Positions 43,308 to 53,032 of a DNA stretch of 64,000 nucleotides are shown here, piece after piece. The translations under genes were made by a program, and so were the position numbers. This DNA is from Myxococcales bacterium (GTDB lineage: Bacteria > Myxococcota_A > Polyangia > Fen-1088): positions 687 to 64,686 of the forward strand of contig PMLB01000226.1 of the NCBI GenBank assembly GCA_003158735.1, written 5' to 3'. Under the pieces are notes generated by a model that was given only the letters and a program-made list of their open reading frames with translations, had not been told where the DNA came from and made no database searches. Position 1 is the stretch's first letter; the number at the start of each line of letters is the position of its first letter.

Positions 43308-46271
43308 ATGAGGGTAGGCGCTGCACTCGGATATCTGACACTCGCCGCGGCGGTTCTTGCGGCGGCATGTACTGGCGACAATGGCAAGGCGGGCCAGGCA
43401 GGAACCTCCTGCACTGTCACCACCTATGCTGACGGGACCGAGACGATCAGGTGTGGTGCCGACGGCGGAATTGCCACGGTGTCGAACGGCAAGTCGTGCA
43501 CCGTCACGGAGGTCGATGGCGGCACCCAGATTGAGTGCGAAGATGGCACCTCGTCGTTCGTGGCCAGCGGGGCGGACGGGACCAACGGCACCAACGGAGC
43601 GCCAGGCCAGTCCTGCAACGTCGTGAGCAATGGCGACGGAACCCGGACCGTAACCTGCCCGGCTGGCGATGGCGGCACGGTCACGTTCAACGTCAAAGAC
43701 GCCCTGGTCAGCTTCGCTACCATGAGCGCCGACAGCAAGGCCGCGCTTGACCTTCAGATCACTGTCACCAGCGTCACCGTCCCCGCCAGTGGCCAGCCCG
43801 TGGTTGCCTTCAGGGTCACTGACGGCAGTGGCAATGTAGTGACGAAGTTGCCTCCGGCTGACATGCGTTTTGCGCTGCTCAAGCTGGTTCCCGCCACCAC
43901 CAAGGTGGCCGCCAACCTTGCGCTTGTCGGAGTGAATGGCAGCGCCAACGACACCTGGGTCAGCTACATGGCGGCCAATGCCACCAGCACCGCCGGAACG
44001 GAGTCCGCGGCCACTGCAACTGCCACCGGCGGCACGCTCACCGACAACGGCGATGGAACCTATTCCTACGCCTTCCTCAAGAAGGTCACCGATCCAGTCA
44101 ACGCGGGGACCACCTACGATCCGGCCGCCACGCACCGCCTGACCATGATTGTGTCCGAGTCGGGCAACCCGTTTGCCCCGGTTAACGTGGTCAAGGACTT
44201 CATTCCCGCCACGGGCAAGGACGTCACCGGTCAGGCCGAGAACACCGACGGCGCTTCCTGCCTCGAGTGCCACAGCTCGTTCCGCGCCAAGGCTGGCGGG
44301 ACCGGTGCCTTCCACGGCGGAGCTCGCTACGACCTGCGCATCTGTGTGACCTGCCACAACGATCAGCGGCGCTTCACCGCGATCCCGGGAACCGCGACCA
44401 CCCCGGCGGTTGACCTGGACGGGGCCGGTGTGGTGGACGCCACAACCGGCGCATGGGCGGGCAATGCCGTCAAGGTGAACGGCGAGGCGTACATCAACCT
44501 GCCGGTCTTCGTTCACAAGATCCACATGGGTGACCAGCTCACGCTCAACGGCGGCCAGTACACGGCCATGGCAACCCCCTACGATGTAACTTTTCCGCAG
44601 GACGCGGGCAACTGCGCCAAGTGCCACCGCGGCGTGGCCCAGGCCAACAACTTCCAGAACAAGCCCAGCCGACGCGCCTGTGGCGCCTGTCACGATGACA
44701 TCAGCTTCCTGGCAGCGGCGGCGGTGCCTGCCAAGCGCAAGGCGCACGATGGCGGCCCGATGGCGGACGACTCGAATTGCACGCTTTGCCACCCGCCGAC
44801 TGGACCTGCGACCAAGGCGGGAGTCAGCGTGGTCGATGCCCACATGACTGTCGCAGCGCCTGACCCGCTGGCCACCTGGCTGGGCGGCAGCAACGCCAAC
44901 ACCAACGCTGGCTATGTCCCGGCCGCGGGCTTCACGCCGACCGGAGAGGCCGCGCTCAGCTACTTCGTGAAGAGCGTCACCCGTGATGCCAACAGCAATC
45001 CCAGCATCGTGTTCCGCTTCCTCCTCAACGGCACCACGCCGGTGGTGTTCAATGACCCAAGCGCGGCGACAGAAATCATGGACGGCTTCGTGGGATCGCC
45101 CAGCGTGTACTTCGTGTTTGCCGTGCCCCAGGATAGCATCACGGCGCCGGCTGACTTCAACGCCAGTGCCAGTGGCTATATCAAGACCATCTGGAACGGG
45201 ACCGCGACGGGCACGGGTGCTGGGACCATGACCTTCGACGCGACCACCGGCTTTTACACCATCACGCTCACTGGTGTGACTGTCCCCGACAACGCGACCA
45301 TGCTGACCGGTGGGGTCGGATACACCTACAGCCTGGGCAGTGCCCCGCCGCTCACTCAGATCAACTTGCCGGCCTTCCCGTACGGCGACTCCACAGTCAT
45401 CAAGGGCTGCATTGTCGGCCAGAAGTGCGGCGGTCTTGTTCTGCCGACTCCCGACGTCTCGGCGGTGGCGACCGATGCGGCCAGCGGCAAGGCCTACGCC
45501 GCCCGACGCCTGATCGTCAAGAATTCCAACTGCAACGCTTGCCACGCGCAGTTGGGCGTCAATCCGACCTTCCACTCTGGTCAGCGCAACGATGCGCCGA
45601 CCTGCGCCTTCTGCCATAAGCCGAACCTGACCGACGGCGGCTGGTCCGTCAGTTCGTCGACGTTCATTCACAGCATTCACGGGGCTTCCGAACGGACCGT
45701 GGGCTTCAACTGGGAGGCGGCCTGCCCGACCGGGACCACCTATCCGACCACCTGTACGACCGCCAATGCCGATCCGTACTTCGCCAACGTGACCTACCCG
45801 GGCATCCTCAACAACTGCGAGCAGTGCCACCTTCCCGGCACCTACGACTTCAGCGCCGCGGCGTCGGCTTCTGCGGTTTCCAATCTGCTGATGTCCACAG
45901 TGGCCGCGGGCGTGATCAAGCCGAACATTTCCACCTCGCCCTATGTGAAGACCGACGGCACTGATTACGGGAATGTGTTCGCAACGGCCAATGTGACCAG
46001 CGGAACCCTTGGTACCACCGCTTGCACGAGCACAGCTCCTTGCGTGTGTTCGCCCACGGCGCCCTGTGTGGCCGCTGCCACGACCCTGGTGAAGTCGCCC
46101 ATCGCTGCCGCCTGTTCTTCGTGCCACGATGCCCCCACCGCGATCTCGCACATGCAGATGATGGGCGGATCGTTCTACGAGACGCGCGCCGTGGCCCAGA
46201 CCAAGGCCGAGCAGTGCCTGATGTGCCATGGTCCCGGCACCGTGGCAGCCATCGCCCTGGTCCATCAGTAG
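43308..46271 (+). CDS. decahaem c-type cytochrome lipoprotein (MtrC/OmcA-family-like)
   Basis: AAGGAG RBS. Lipobox LAAAC. There are ten CxxCH motifs: CLECH, CVTCH, CAKCH, CGACH, CTLCH, CNACH, CAFCH, CEQCH, CSSCH and CLMCH. 987 aa. Confidence 0.85.
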   Translation: MRVGAALGYLTLAAAVLAAACTGDNGKAGQAGTSCTVTTYADGTETIRCGADGGIATVSNGKSCTVTEVDGGTQIECEDGTSSFVASGADGTNGTNGAPGQSCNVVSNGDGTRTVTCPAGDGGTVTFNVKDALVSFATMSADSKAALDLQITVTSVTVPASGQPVVAFRVTDGSGNVVTKLPPADMRFALLKLVPATTKVAANLALVGVNGSANDTWVSYMAANATSTAGTESAATATATGGTLTDNGDGTYSYAFLKKVTDPVNAGTTYDPAATHRLTMIVSESGNPFAPVNVVKDFIPATGKDVTGQAENTDGASCLECHSSFRAKAGGTGAFHGGARYDLRICVTCHNDQRRFTAIPGTATTPAVDLDGAGVVDATTGAWAGNAVKVNGEAYINLPVFVHKIHMGDQLTLNGGQYTAMATPYDVTFPQDAGNCAKCHRGVAQANNFQNKPSRRACGACHDDISFLAAAAVPAKRKAHDGGPMADDSNCTLCHPPTGPATKAGVSVVDAHMTVAAPDPLATWLGGSNANTNAGYVPAAGFTPTGEAALSYFVKSVTRDANSNPSIVFRFLLNGTTPVVFNDPSAATEIMDGFVGSPSVYFVFAVPQDSITAPADFNASASGYIKTIWNGTATGTGAGTMTFDATTGFYTITLTGVTVPDNATMLTGGVGYTYSLGSAPPLTQINLPAFPYGDSTVIKGCIVGQKCGGLVLPTPDVSAVATDAASGKAYAARRLIVKNSNCNACHAQLGVNPTFHSGQRNDAPTCAFCHKPNLTDGGWSVSSSTFIHSIHGASERTVGFNWEAACPTGTTYPTTCTTANADPYFANVTYPGILNNCEQCHLPGTYDFSAAASASAVSNLLMSTVAAGVIKPNISTSPYVKTDGTDYGNVFATANVTSGTLGTTACTSTAPCVCSPTAPCVAAATTLVKSPIAAACSSCHDAPTAISHMQMMGGSFYETRAVAQTKAEQCLMCHGPGTVAAIALVHQ

Positions 46272-46421
46272 GCCAGCCAGTCACACTAGCGGCAGTCCGG
46301 TTTGCGTCGCTATCGCAGCCGCCGCCGTGCGATCCAGACGAGCGCCACAAACGCGCCGAAGACAAGCGTGGCGCATCTATCCAGCACAATGGACATAATA
46401 TGATAGTATTGGTCCATCACG

Positions 46422-47783
46422 ATGGACATAACCCCGATATTGCACGACCAGAACCGCTGGTGGTCGAACCCCCACCATAGGGAAACCCTGCGGGTTAGGC
46501 GTCGAAGGCAGGCCTTCAGCCGGATTCTTGAGTACCTGGGGGATCTCCACGGTGGCCGCGCGGCGGCGCTGCTAGGGCCTCGCCAGGTGGGCAAGACCAC
46601 GCTTCTTCTGCAACTAGTCGACGACCTTCTGGGGCGGGGCTGGTCAGCCGGCAATATCACGTTCTTCGACTTCTCCGACGAGCGGCTGGTTTCCGCCGTG
46701 TCACCGCGGGAGGTCGTCACGGTTCGTCCGGTGGGATTGTCCGCGGACCAGCCTCGCGCCTTCTTCTTTGACGAGATTCAAAATGCCCTCGGCTGGCAGA
46801 AGTGGCTCAAGGGCGCGGTCGACGAGTCACGGCGAGCCGCTGGGCCTGGGTCGCGCTTCATCGTAACCGGCTCGGCCGCGACATCGCTACGCCAAGGCGG
46901 CGTCGAGTCGGGTCAGGGTCGCTGGGACGCGATCCCCATCGAAGGTCTCACCCTGGCTGAGTTTCTCAGACTCGGATCGCTGCGGGACGAAGACGCGGTG
47001 CCAACCACCGTCAGCGATCCCCAGGCGTTCGAGCGGTACTTGGAGGTGGGCGGCTTTCCAGAACACATCCAGGCCATGGTGCCGGTCCGCGAGGCTCGTC
47101 AGAGAATTCGCGAGGACATCTCCGACAGAGCCATCCTTCGGGATCTGCGCCAGACGGGCGTGGACATCGAGCGCATTCGTCGGCTGTTCGTCTACCTGAT
47201 CAACGGCTCAGGCAACGCCTGGAACCAGGCAAAACGTGCCGACGATCTGGAAGCCAATCGGAAATCAGTGGCCGACTGGCTTTCGGTGCTGGAAGGGACC
47301 CGTCTGATTGCCAGGCTCGACCGGGATCGCCCTGTCCGAGCCAAAGCGCACACGCAACTTCGCGCCCAGCCCAAGATCTTCGCCAGCGACCACGGGCTCA
47401 TCACTGCCTTCGCGTCGGCCCCCGAACCGCTTGGGGTTGCCGATATCCGCGCGCGCGTGTTCGAGGCGGCGGTGTTCCGTCATTTGCGGGAGGTGGCCCG
47501 GTCCGAACATGGAGTGCTCAGCTTCGGCCGCCTGGACGAGGATCTCGAGATCGACTTTGTCGTCCGCTATTCCGGCCATGCCGTAGGCATTGAAGTCACG
47601 TCCAGCATTGATGCAAAGCCTCGCAAGCTGGCGCGGGCGGGACAGGCCATGAGCAAGCTGGGCATCGACCGAAAAGTTCTCGTCCATGGTGGCCTCGTGT
47701 CCCATGCAACCGGCGACATCAAGATCGTTCCCTTGCACGAGTTCCTGCTGGCACCAGAACGATACGCGGGCGGTGAAGCATGA
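46422..47783 (+). CDS. AAA ATPase (AAA_14/DUF4143-type) with C-terminal PD-(D/E)xK-like nuclease signature
   Basis: Walker A is LLGPRQVGKTT and Walker B is AFFFDEIQ. A DUF4143-like middle region follows. C-terminus EDLEIDFVVRYSGHAVGIEVTSS. Confidence 0.8.
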   Translation: MDITPILHDQNRWWSNPHHRETLRVRRRRQAFSRILEYLGDLHGGRAAALLGPRQVGKTTLLLQLVDDLLGRGWSAGNITFFDFSDERLVSAVSPREVVTVRPVGLSADQPRAFFFDEIQNALGWQKWLKGAVDESRRAAGPGSRFIVTGSAATSLRQGGVESGQGRWDAIPIEGLTLAEFLRLGSLRDEDAVPTTVSDPQAFERYLEVGGFPEHIQAMVPVREARQRIREDISDRAILRDLRQTGVDIERIRRLFVYLINGSGNAWNQAKRADDLEANRKSVADWLSVLEGTRLIARLDRDRPVRAKAHTQLRAQPKIFASDHGLITAFASAPEPLGVADIRARVFEAAVFRHLREVARSEHGVLSFGRLDEDLEIDFVVRYSGHAVGIEVTSSIDAKPRKLARAGQAMSKLGIDRKVLVHGGLVSHATGDIKIVPLHEFLLAPERYAGGEA

Positions 47784-48958
47784 GTGGTTTCGATCCGAAG
47801 AGCTTGCTGGGGAAGGACGAGAACGATCGCCGCGAATTCAAGGAGGCGGAGGCACTGCGAAGGCCTGCGAACATCGGTAGGGAAGTCGTGGGTTTTCTGA
47901 ATGCCGGTGGGGGCGACATCTGGATCGGGGTCGAAGAGAAGGAGGGCAGAGCGGTCGGATTCCAACAAATCGCCGACATCGATCGATCTCTGATCTCGCT
48001 GCGGGACCACCTGATCGAAACCGTCGAGCCACAGCATCAGACGGATGAGGTCAAGCTCGATGCCAAGGGCGGATTGATTCACGTGACCGTCGAAAAGGGA
48101 AAGAATCCTCCGTACGCCCAACGGGACGGTGGCCGACGCTTTTGGATCCGCATTGGTGCTCGACTGCGGGAGATGTCGCGCGAGGAGATTGGCAGGAAAT
48201 TTGCCGAGGCCCTCAAGGCTCATTCGACAAGAGAAGACCGCGTGGCCGAGATCGCGGAGAAGCTACGGAAGGATCAAGCCAGCGTCGCACTCGAAAAACC
48301 CCAGCTCTGGCTCCGGCTCGTGCCGACTGAGTCGCTGGACATCGACTTCAACGACGAGCAGAACAAGCAGCAGTTTCGGACCTGGCTAACCGACCCGAGT
48401 GCAACCGGTAACCGTCGTTCGGGGTGGGACTTCGTTCACGACATGGCGCCACGCTTTCTTGGCGATCAGGTCAGGCACGGAAACGACGATGACTACATGA
48501 GGACTCAGATCACGGAACAGGGTCAGATAACTTTCAGGGTCCACAGCGATAGCCTGCGGCAGCTCGTTGGAGCCGTCTCCAGTTTCGCGCCGTACGCGCT
48601 GGTCGAGTACCCGGTGTCAGTCTTTCGTCTGATGGCCGCGATCCTTGGGCGCCATGCTGAGGCGCATGCAAACCTGCAGGTGGTCGCCGGTCTCGTCATC
48701 AGCGGCATTCGAGGCTGGTCGCTGTCGCCAGGCTCGCCGCGAGAGCCAGCTCGATTGTCGGAGGGACCAAAGACGTTCGAGAATGACGTGCTGGAGATCG
48801 ATCCCGAGCGGCTCGTGTTCGCAGCCAACGATCTGAAAGAGAACCCTGACCGCTGCGGGCTGCGCGTCGCTCGCCTGATCTATGGAAGATTTGGCTTTGA
48901 AAGCGGAGCAATCCCACCTGAATTCGACCAGCAACAGGGACGTTTGCTTCTGGGATGA
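47780..48958 (+). CDS. AlbA_2 (Schlafen-like divergent-AAA nucleic-acid-binding) domain protein with unknown about 250-aa C-terminal region
   Basis: ATGA overlap with the ATPase gene. N-terminal signatures DENDRREFKEAE, VVGFLNAGGGDIWIGVEEKEGRAVGF and PPYAQRDGGRRFWIRIGARLREMSREEI. Confidence 0.7.
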   Translation: MSGFDPKSLLGKDENDRREFKEAEALRRPANIGREVVGFLNAGGGDIWIGVEEKEGRAVGFQQIADIDRSLISLRDHLIETVEPQHQTDEVKLDAKGGLIHVTVEKGKNPPYAQRDGGRRFWIRIGARLREMSREEIGRKFAEALKAHSTREDRVAEIAEKLRKDQASVALEKPQLWLRLVPTESLDIDFNDEQNKQQFRTWLTDPSATGNRRSGWDFVHDMAPRFLGDQVRHGNDDDYMRTQITEQGQITFRVHSDSLRQLVGAVSSFAPYALVEYPVSVFRLMAAILGRHAEAHANLQVVAGLVISGIRGWSLSPGSPREPARLSEGPKTFENDVLEIDPERLVFAANDLKENPDRCGLRVARLIYGRFGFESGAIPPEFDQQQGRLLLG

Positions 48959-49077
48959 ACTGTCCTTCAATGACCTCGCCCAGTCGGTCCATCAGAAAAC
49001 TGAGGGACTCGTCAGCTAACCACGCGGTATCAGCGGAACAGTCGGTTGGCGCGACCCTTGCTAGACTCAACCTAGCC

Positions 49078-50478
49078 ATGCGCAAAGGCTTCTACGCTGC
49101 TTTGGTACTATCCCTTTCGGCCTGCGGCGGCCGGCATCCTCTGCAGCCCGGTTCCGGACGAGCTGGCGATGCGGCTGCAAGCGATGTTCAACTCGCTTCC
49201 TACGGCGACGCGGCCACCGACACCGGCCTGGACACGCGCCATTGCACTTTCATGGGGTTCGCACCAGCCGTGAGCTACCCGACCACCCACGAACCGATGT
49301 CCATCCTCGCCGTCGATCGTACAGGCAACGGACATCTCGACCTCGTGGTTAGCGAGCGCGGTGACAACAAGGCGACGTCCGAGTTCCTGGCAAATGCGGG
49401 CAACGGCACGTTCGCACTGTCGGCATCGTACGGTGTCAGCAGCAACAATCTCGGCAGCCTGGTGGCCGCCGACTTCAACGGCGACGGCAAGATCGATCTC
49501 GCGAGCCAAGTGGACAGCTTCTACGGGATCGACGTCGGAACCGGCAACGGCGTGCTCGCGATCGACTTCGGGGCCGGCAACGGCCCGTTCGCTTCGCAGG
49601 TGGTCACGTACTCCAGTCCCCAATCCTACGGTTACCTTACGGTGGGCGACTTCAATGGCGACGGCCACCCCGACCTCGCATTTGCAGGCTACGACTACGT
49701 CATGGCTGGCGGCTATATCACCCCAGACGGCCTCATCGCTTTGCCCGCGCCCGAGCCGACCGATTTCGCGTTGAACGTGTTTTTCAACGCGGGCGACGGC
49801 ACCCTCGCGGCGCCCGTGATCTATGCGAATCCGAATGGGTTTGAAGACATCGCGAGCGGCGACTTCGACGGTGACGGCCACCTCGATATCGCGGAACTCA
49901 GCACCTCAGGGAGCGCTGGCGGGATTGGCGTCTTCTTCAACGCGGGCGACGGCACCCTACGCAGCGAAGTCACCTACGTCGCGAGCCCCGACTGGATCGC
50001 CTACGGCCTTGCCGTCGCTGACTTCAATGGCGATGGCAAAGACGATGTCGCAACCACGACCATCCTGAACCCCAACGCGGCCAGCGAAGCCACCGTCCTG
50101 CAGGTGTTTACCGGCGCGAGCAATGGCAGCCTCAACGGGCCGGTCAGCTATCCCATCGCCAACATCCCAAGCGTGTATCAGATTGTCACCGGCGACTTCA
50201 ATGGCGACGGCAAACCCGACCTCGCGATGGTGATCGGGCACACCTCGCAGGGCGCGCTGGTCGACCCCGTGCCCGTGGCGGTGTTTGAGAACCTCGGCGA
50301 CGGAACGTTCGGCGCACCGGTGACCTACGGCGTGGCTGGCGGGGCTATGGACTACGGGACGTCCATTGCAGCGGGCGATTTCAATGGTGACGGCGTGACT
50401 GACATCGCGGTGACGACGAGCAGTGAGGATCCCCCGTATCCTGTGGCCGTGAACGTGCTGCTGTCGAAGTGCGAGTAG
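49078..50478 (+). CDS. FG-GAP/VCBS-repeat beta-propeller lipoprotein
   Basis: Internal start MRKGFYAALVLSLSAC (lipobox). Repeats include ADFNGDGKIDLA, GDFNGDGHPDLA, GDFDGDGHLDIA, ADFNGDGKDDVA, GDFNGDGKPDLA and GDFNGDGVTDIA. Confidence 0.8.
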   Translation: MRKGFYAALVLSLSACGGRHPLQPGSGRAGDAAASDVQLASYGDAATDTGLDTRHCTFMGFAPAVSYPTTHEPMSILAVDRTGNGHLDLVVSERGDNKATSEFLANAGNGTFALSASYGVSSNNLGSLVAADFNGDGKIDLASQVDSFYGIDVGTGNGVLAIDFGAGNGPFASQVVTYSSPQSYGYLTVGDFNGDGHPDLAFAGYDYVMAGGYITPDGLIALPAPEPTDFALNVFFNAGDGTLAAPVIYANPNGFEDIASGDFDGDGHLDIAELSTSGSAGGIGVFFNAGDGTLRSEVTYVASPDWIAYGLAVADFNGDGKDDVATTTILNPNAASEATVLQVFTGASNGSLNGPVSYPIANIPSVYQIVTGDFNGDGKPDLAMVIGHTSQGALVDPVPVAVFENLGDGTFGAPVTYGVAGGAMDYGTSIAAGDFNGDGVTDIAVTTSSEDPPYPVAVNVLLSKCE

Positions 50479-50743
50479 CACCCCATGGTGCCAAATGGGC
50501 TCCCACTCCAACGCTCGATACCGTCCAGGACATGGTCTCGCAGATCCCCGAAGTGGGGCAAATGGTGCTGGCGCAATCGGGGTGGCGTGCGGCGGTACTC
50601 GGACAGGTGCCTTCCTACTTCAACGACTTGATGGTTGTGTGGCCAACGACGGTGAGCCCGGCCGTTTCGTTCGATTACGCGTCTACCGGCCTTGAATGAT
50701 AGGTGACCGGGGATTGGCGCACCCGCCGCTGTTGTGACACGTC

Positions 50744-51607
50744 CTAAAGCGGTTCCAGTTGCGCGACCACGCTGGCCAGGTTCTTCCGCCAGTCGGGCAT
50801 GGGACCGAGGATGGCCTCGGTCGGCGCGAGATCCAGCACACTGTAGGCGGGCCGCGGCGCAGAACGGGGGAAATCGGCCGTGGTGCAGGGACGAATGATC
50901 GCGCTGCGCGCGAGCAGGCGCGCGATCTCGACGGTGAATTCGTACCAGGTGCATTCGCCGCCGTCGGTGACGTGCAAGGTCCCGTGCGTCCCGCGGTCGA
51001 CCAGGGCCAGGGTAGTCGCGACCAGGTGTTGCGCGCTGGTGGGCCGGCCGCGCTGATCGCTGACCACTTTCAGTTCGGGCTTGTCGCGCGTCAGGCGAGC
51101 CATGGTGCGCACGAAGTTGTTGGCCCAGGGGGCGTACAGCCAGCTTGTGCGCACGATGAGAAACTCGGCACCGCTTTTTCGGATGGCGATCTCGCCGGCG
51201 GCTTTGCTCCGGCCGTAGGCGCCCAGAGGTTGCAGAGGCGCATCCACGGCATACGGTGTGCTGGCGTTGCCCGCGAAGACGTAGTCGGTGCTGAAATGGA
51301 CCAGCGGGATGCGGGCACGCGCGCAGGCCGCGGCCACCACCCCGGGAGCGGTGCCGTTGGCGCGCAGGGCGGCCGGCTCGTCGGCTTCCGCGCCGTCCAC
51401 GTTGGTGTAGGCCGCGCAGTTGATGACCGCGGACCAGGGCTTCTCGAAGATCGGCCCGACTTGCCTCGGCTCAGCGATGTCCAGCCCGGGCAGATCGAAA
51501 CCCGTGAACGGTCGTTGCCTGGCAGTGAGCAGCTCGCGAAAAGCTCGGCCCAGCATGCCCCGATCGCCGAGCAGCAGGACAGGGGCAGACACGACTAGCC
51601 TTTCCAC
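50744..51607 (-). CDS. rfbD: dTDP-4-dehydrorhamnose reductase
   Basis: 287 aa. Motifs LLLGDRGMLG, VINCAAYTNVDGAE, STDYVF and YGRSKAAGE. Last gene of the rfbBACD run. Confidence 0.85.
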   Translation of the reverse strand: MERLVVSAPVLLLGDRGMLGRAFRELLTARQRPFTGFDLPGLDIAEPRQVGPIFEKPWSAVINCAAYTNVDGAEADEPAALRANGTAPGVVAAACARARIPLVHFSTDYVFAGNASTPYAVDAPLQPLGAYGRSKAAGEIAIRKSGAEFLIVRTSWLYAPWANNFVRTMARLTRDKPELKVVSDQRGRPTSAQHLVATTLALVDRGTHGTLHVTDGGECTWYEFTVEIARLLARSAIIRPCTTADFPRSAPRPAYSVLDLAPTEAILGPMPDWRKNLASVVAQLEPL

Positions 51608-52152
51608 CGCGGCAAGCGCGCCGGATCAATCTGGGCCAAAGGCAAGAAGCGCTGGTCCTTCTCGCTGATTATGGGCTGACTGACCGGCCACGGGATGCCC
51701 AGCGCGGGATCGTTCCACGCCACGCCCAGCTCCTGCTGAGGCAGGTAGACATCGGTGCACTTGTACGCGAACAGGGCGTGCTCGCTCACCACGCAGAAGC
51801 CATGGGCAAAGCCGGGCGGGATGTACATCTGGCGATGGTCGCGCGACGACAGGCGCGTGCCGGCCCACTTGCCGAAGCTGGGCGAACCCACCCGCACATC
51901 AACGGCCGCGTCGAAGACCTCGCCCTCGACGACATATACCAGCTTGCCTTGACCTCTGGGATGCTGCAGGTGCAGGCCGCGCAGGGTGCCGCGGGTGGAG
52001 CGAGACAGGTTGTCCTGCACGAAGCGCTCGCGGATGCCCACCTCGGCGTAGCGCTCGGCCTGGAAGGTCTCGACGAAGTAGCCGCGCATATCGCCGAACA
52101 CCTTGGGTTCGACCAGCAAGATCTCGGGGATCTCTAGGTGCGTGACCTTCAC
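51595..52152 (-). CDS. rfbC: dTDP-4-dehydrorhamnose 3,5-epimerase
   Basis: 185 aa. Motifs [34 protein letters not shown] and PPGFAHGF. Confidence 0.9.
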   Translation of the reverse strand: MKVTHLEIPEILLVEPKVFGDMRGYFVETFQAERYAEVGIRERFVQDNLSRSTRGTLRGLHLQHPRGQGKLVYVVEGEVFDAAVDVRVGSPSFGKWAGTRLSSRDHRQMYIPPGFAHGFCVVSEHALFAYKCTDVYLPQQELGVAWNDPALGIPWPVSQPIISEKDQRFLPLAQIDPARLPRWKG

Positions 52153-53030
52153 TGCTGGCCCCTTTCCAGGAGCTGCAGCAGATACTGCCCGTAGTTGGTC
52201 TTGCCGAGAGGCTCGGCCAGCCGGCGCAGGTGGTCCCTGTCAATCCAGCCCTTGTGGAATGCAATCTCCTCTGGGCACGCCACCATCAGGCCCTGGCGCG
52301 CCTGAATGGTCTGGATGAACTGGGCCGCCTGCAGCAAGGAATCGTGTGTGCCAGTGTCCAGCCAGGCCACGCCGCGCCCGAGTTTTTCCAAGTGAAGCTG
52401 TCCCCGGTGCATGTACAAACGATTGAGATCGGTGATTTCCAATTCGCCGCGCGGGCTGGGGCGCAGCATCTCGGCCAGCTCAACCACGCGCCCGTCATAG
52501 AAGTACAGGCCCGTCACCGCATAGTGGCCGCGCGGCTGCTGGGGTTTCTCCTCGATGCTGAGCACGCGTCCCTCACGGTCCAGCTCGGCCACGCCATAGG
52601 CCTCGGGATTCTGCACGAAGTAGCCAAACACGGTGGCCCCGGACTCGCGACAGGCCACGTCTTCGAACAGGCCGCCCAACCCCGTGCCGTAGAAGATGTT
52701 GTCGCCCAGCACCAGGGCGCAGGGATCGCCGGAGATGAACCCGCGACCGATGAGAAAAGCCTGGGCCAGCCCGTCGGGGCTGGGTTGCACGGCGTATTGA
52801 ATCTGCAGACCCCAGGCCGAGCCATCGCCCAAAAGTTGCTGAAACTGGGACGCGTCGTGCGGCGTGGTGATGACCAGGACCCGGCGAATTCCCGCCAGCA
52901 TCAGAGTCGCGAGCGGGTAGTAGACGAGAGGCTTGTCGTACACCGGCATGAGCTGCTTGCTCACCGCACGCGTGAGCGGGTGCAAGCGCGTGCCCGATCC
53001 TCCGGCCAGGATGATTCCCTTCTTCACCAT
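52149..53030 (-). CDS. rfbA: glucose-1-phosphate thymidylyltransferase
   Basis: Starts [34 protein letters not shown]. Only the 3' 882 nt of the 698-aa track ORF is real; the upstream part overlaps rfbB out of frame. Start placed by frame arithmetic from the track. Confidence 0.9.
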   Translation of the reverse strand: MVKKGIILAGGSGTRLHPLTRAVSKQLMPVYDKPLVYYPLATLMLAGIRRVLVITTPHDASQFQQLLGDGSAWGLQIQYAVQPSPDGLAQAFLIGRGFISGDPCALVLGDNIFYGTGLGGLFEDVACRESGATVFGYFVQNPEAYGVAELDREGRVLSIEEKPQQPRGHYAVTGLYFYDGRVVELAEMLRPSPRGELEITDLNRLYMHRGQLHLEKLGRGVAWLDTGTHDSLLQAAQFIQTIQARQGLMVACPEEIAFHKGWIDRDHLRRLAEPLGKTNYGQYLLQLLERGQQ

Positions 53031-53032
53031 GG

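Noticed and set aside
43215-46265. 1016-aa stop-free ORF on the minus strand
   Set aside because: It lies exactly antisense to the decahaem cytochrome gene. Its composition is Arg/Gly/Ala-rich with no motifs. This is a typical shadow ORF of high-GC coding DNA, and the plus-strand gene has ten CxxCH motifs and a lipobox.
50469-50699. 76-aa ORF between the FG-GAP gene and rfbD
   Set aside because: It has a non-ATG start that overlaps the FG-GAP stop, with no RBS or motif. An internal 55-aa version (MVSQIPEVGQ…) is conceivable but unsupported.
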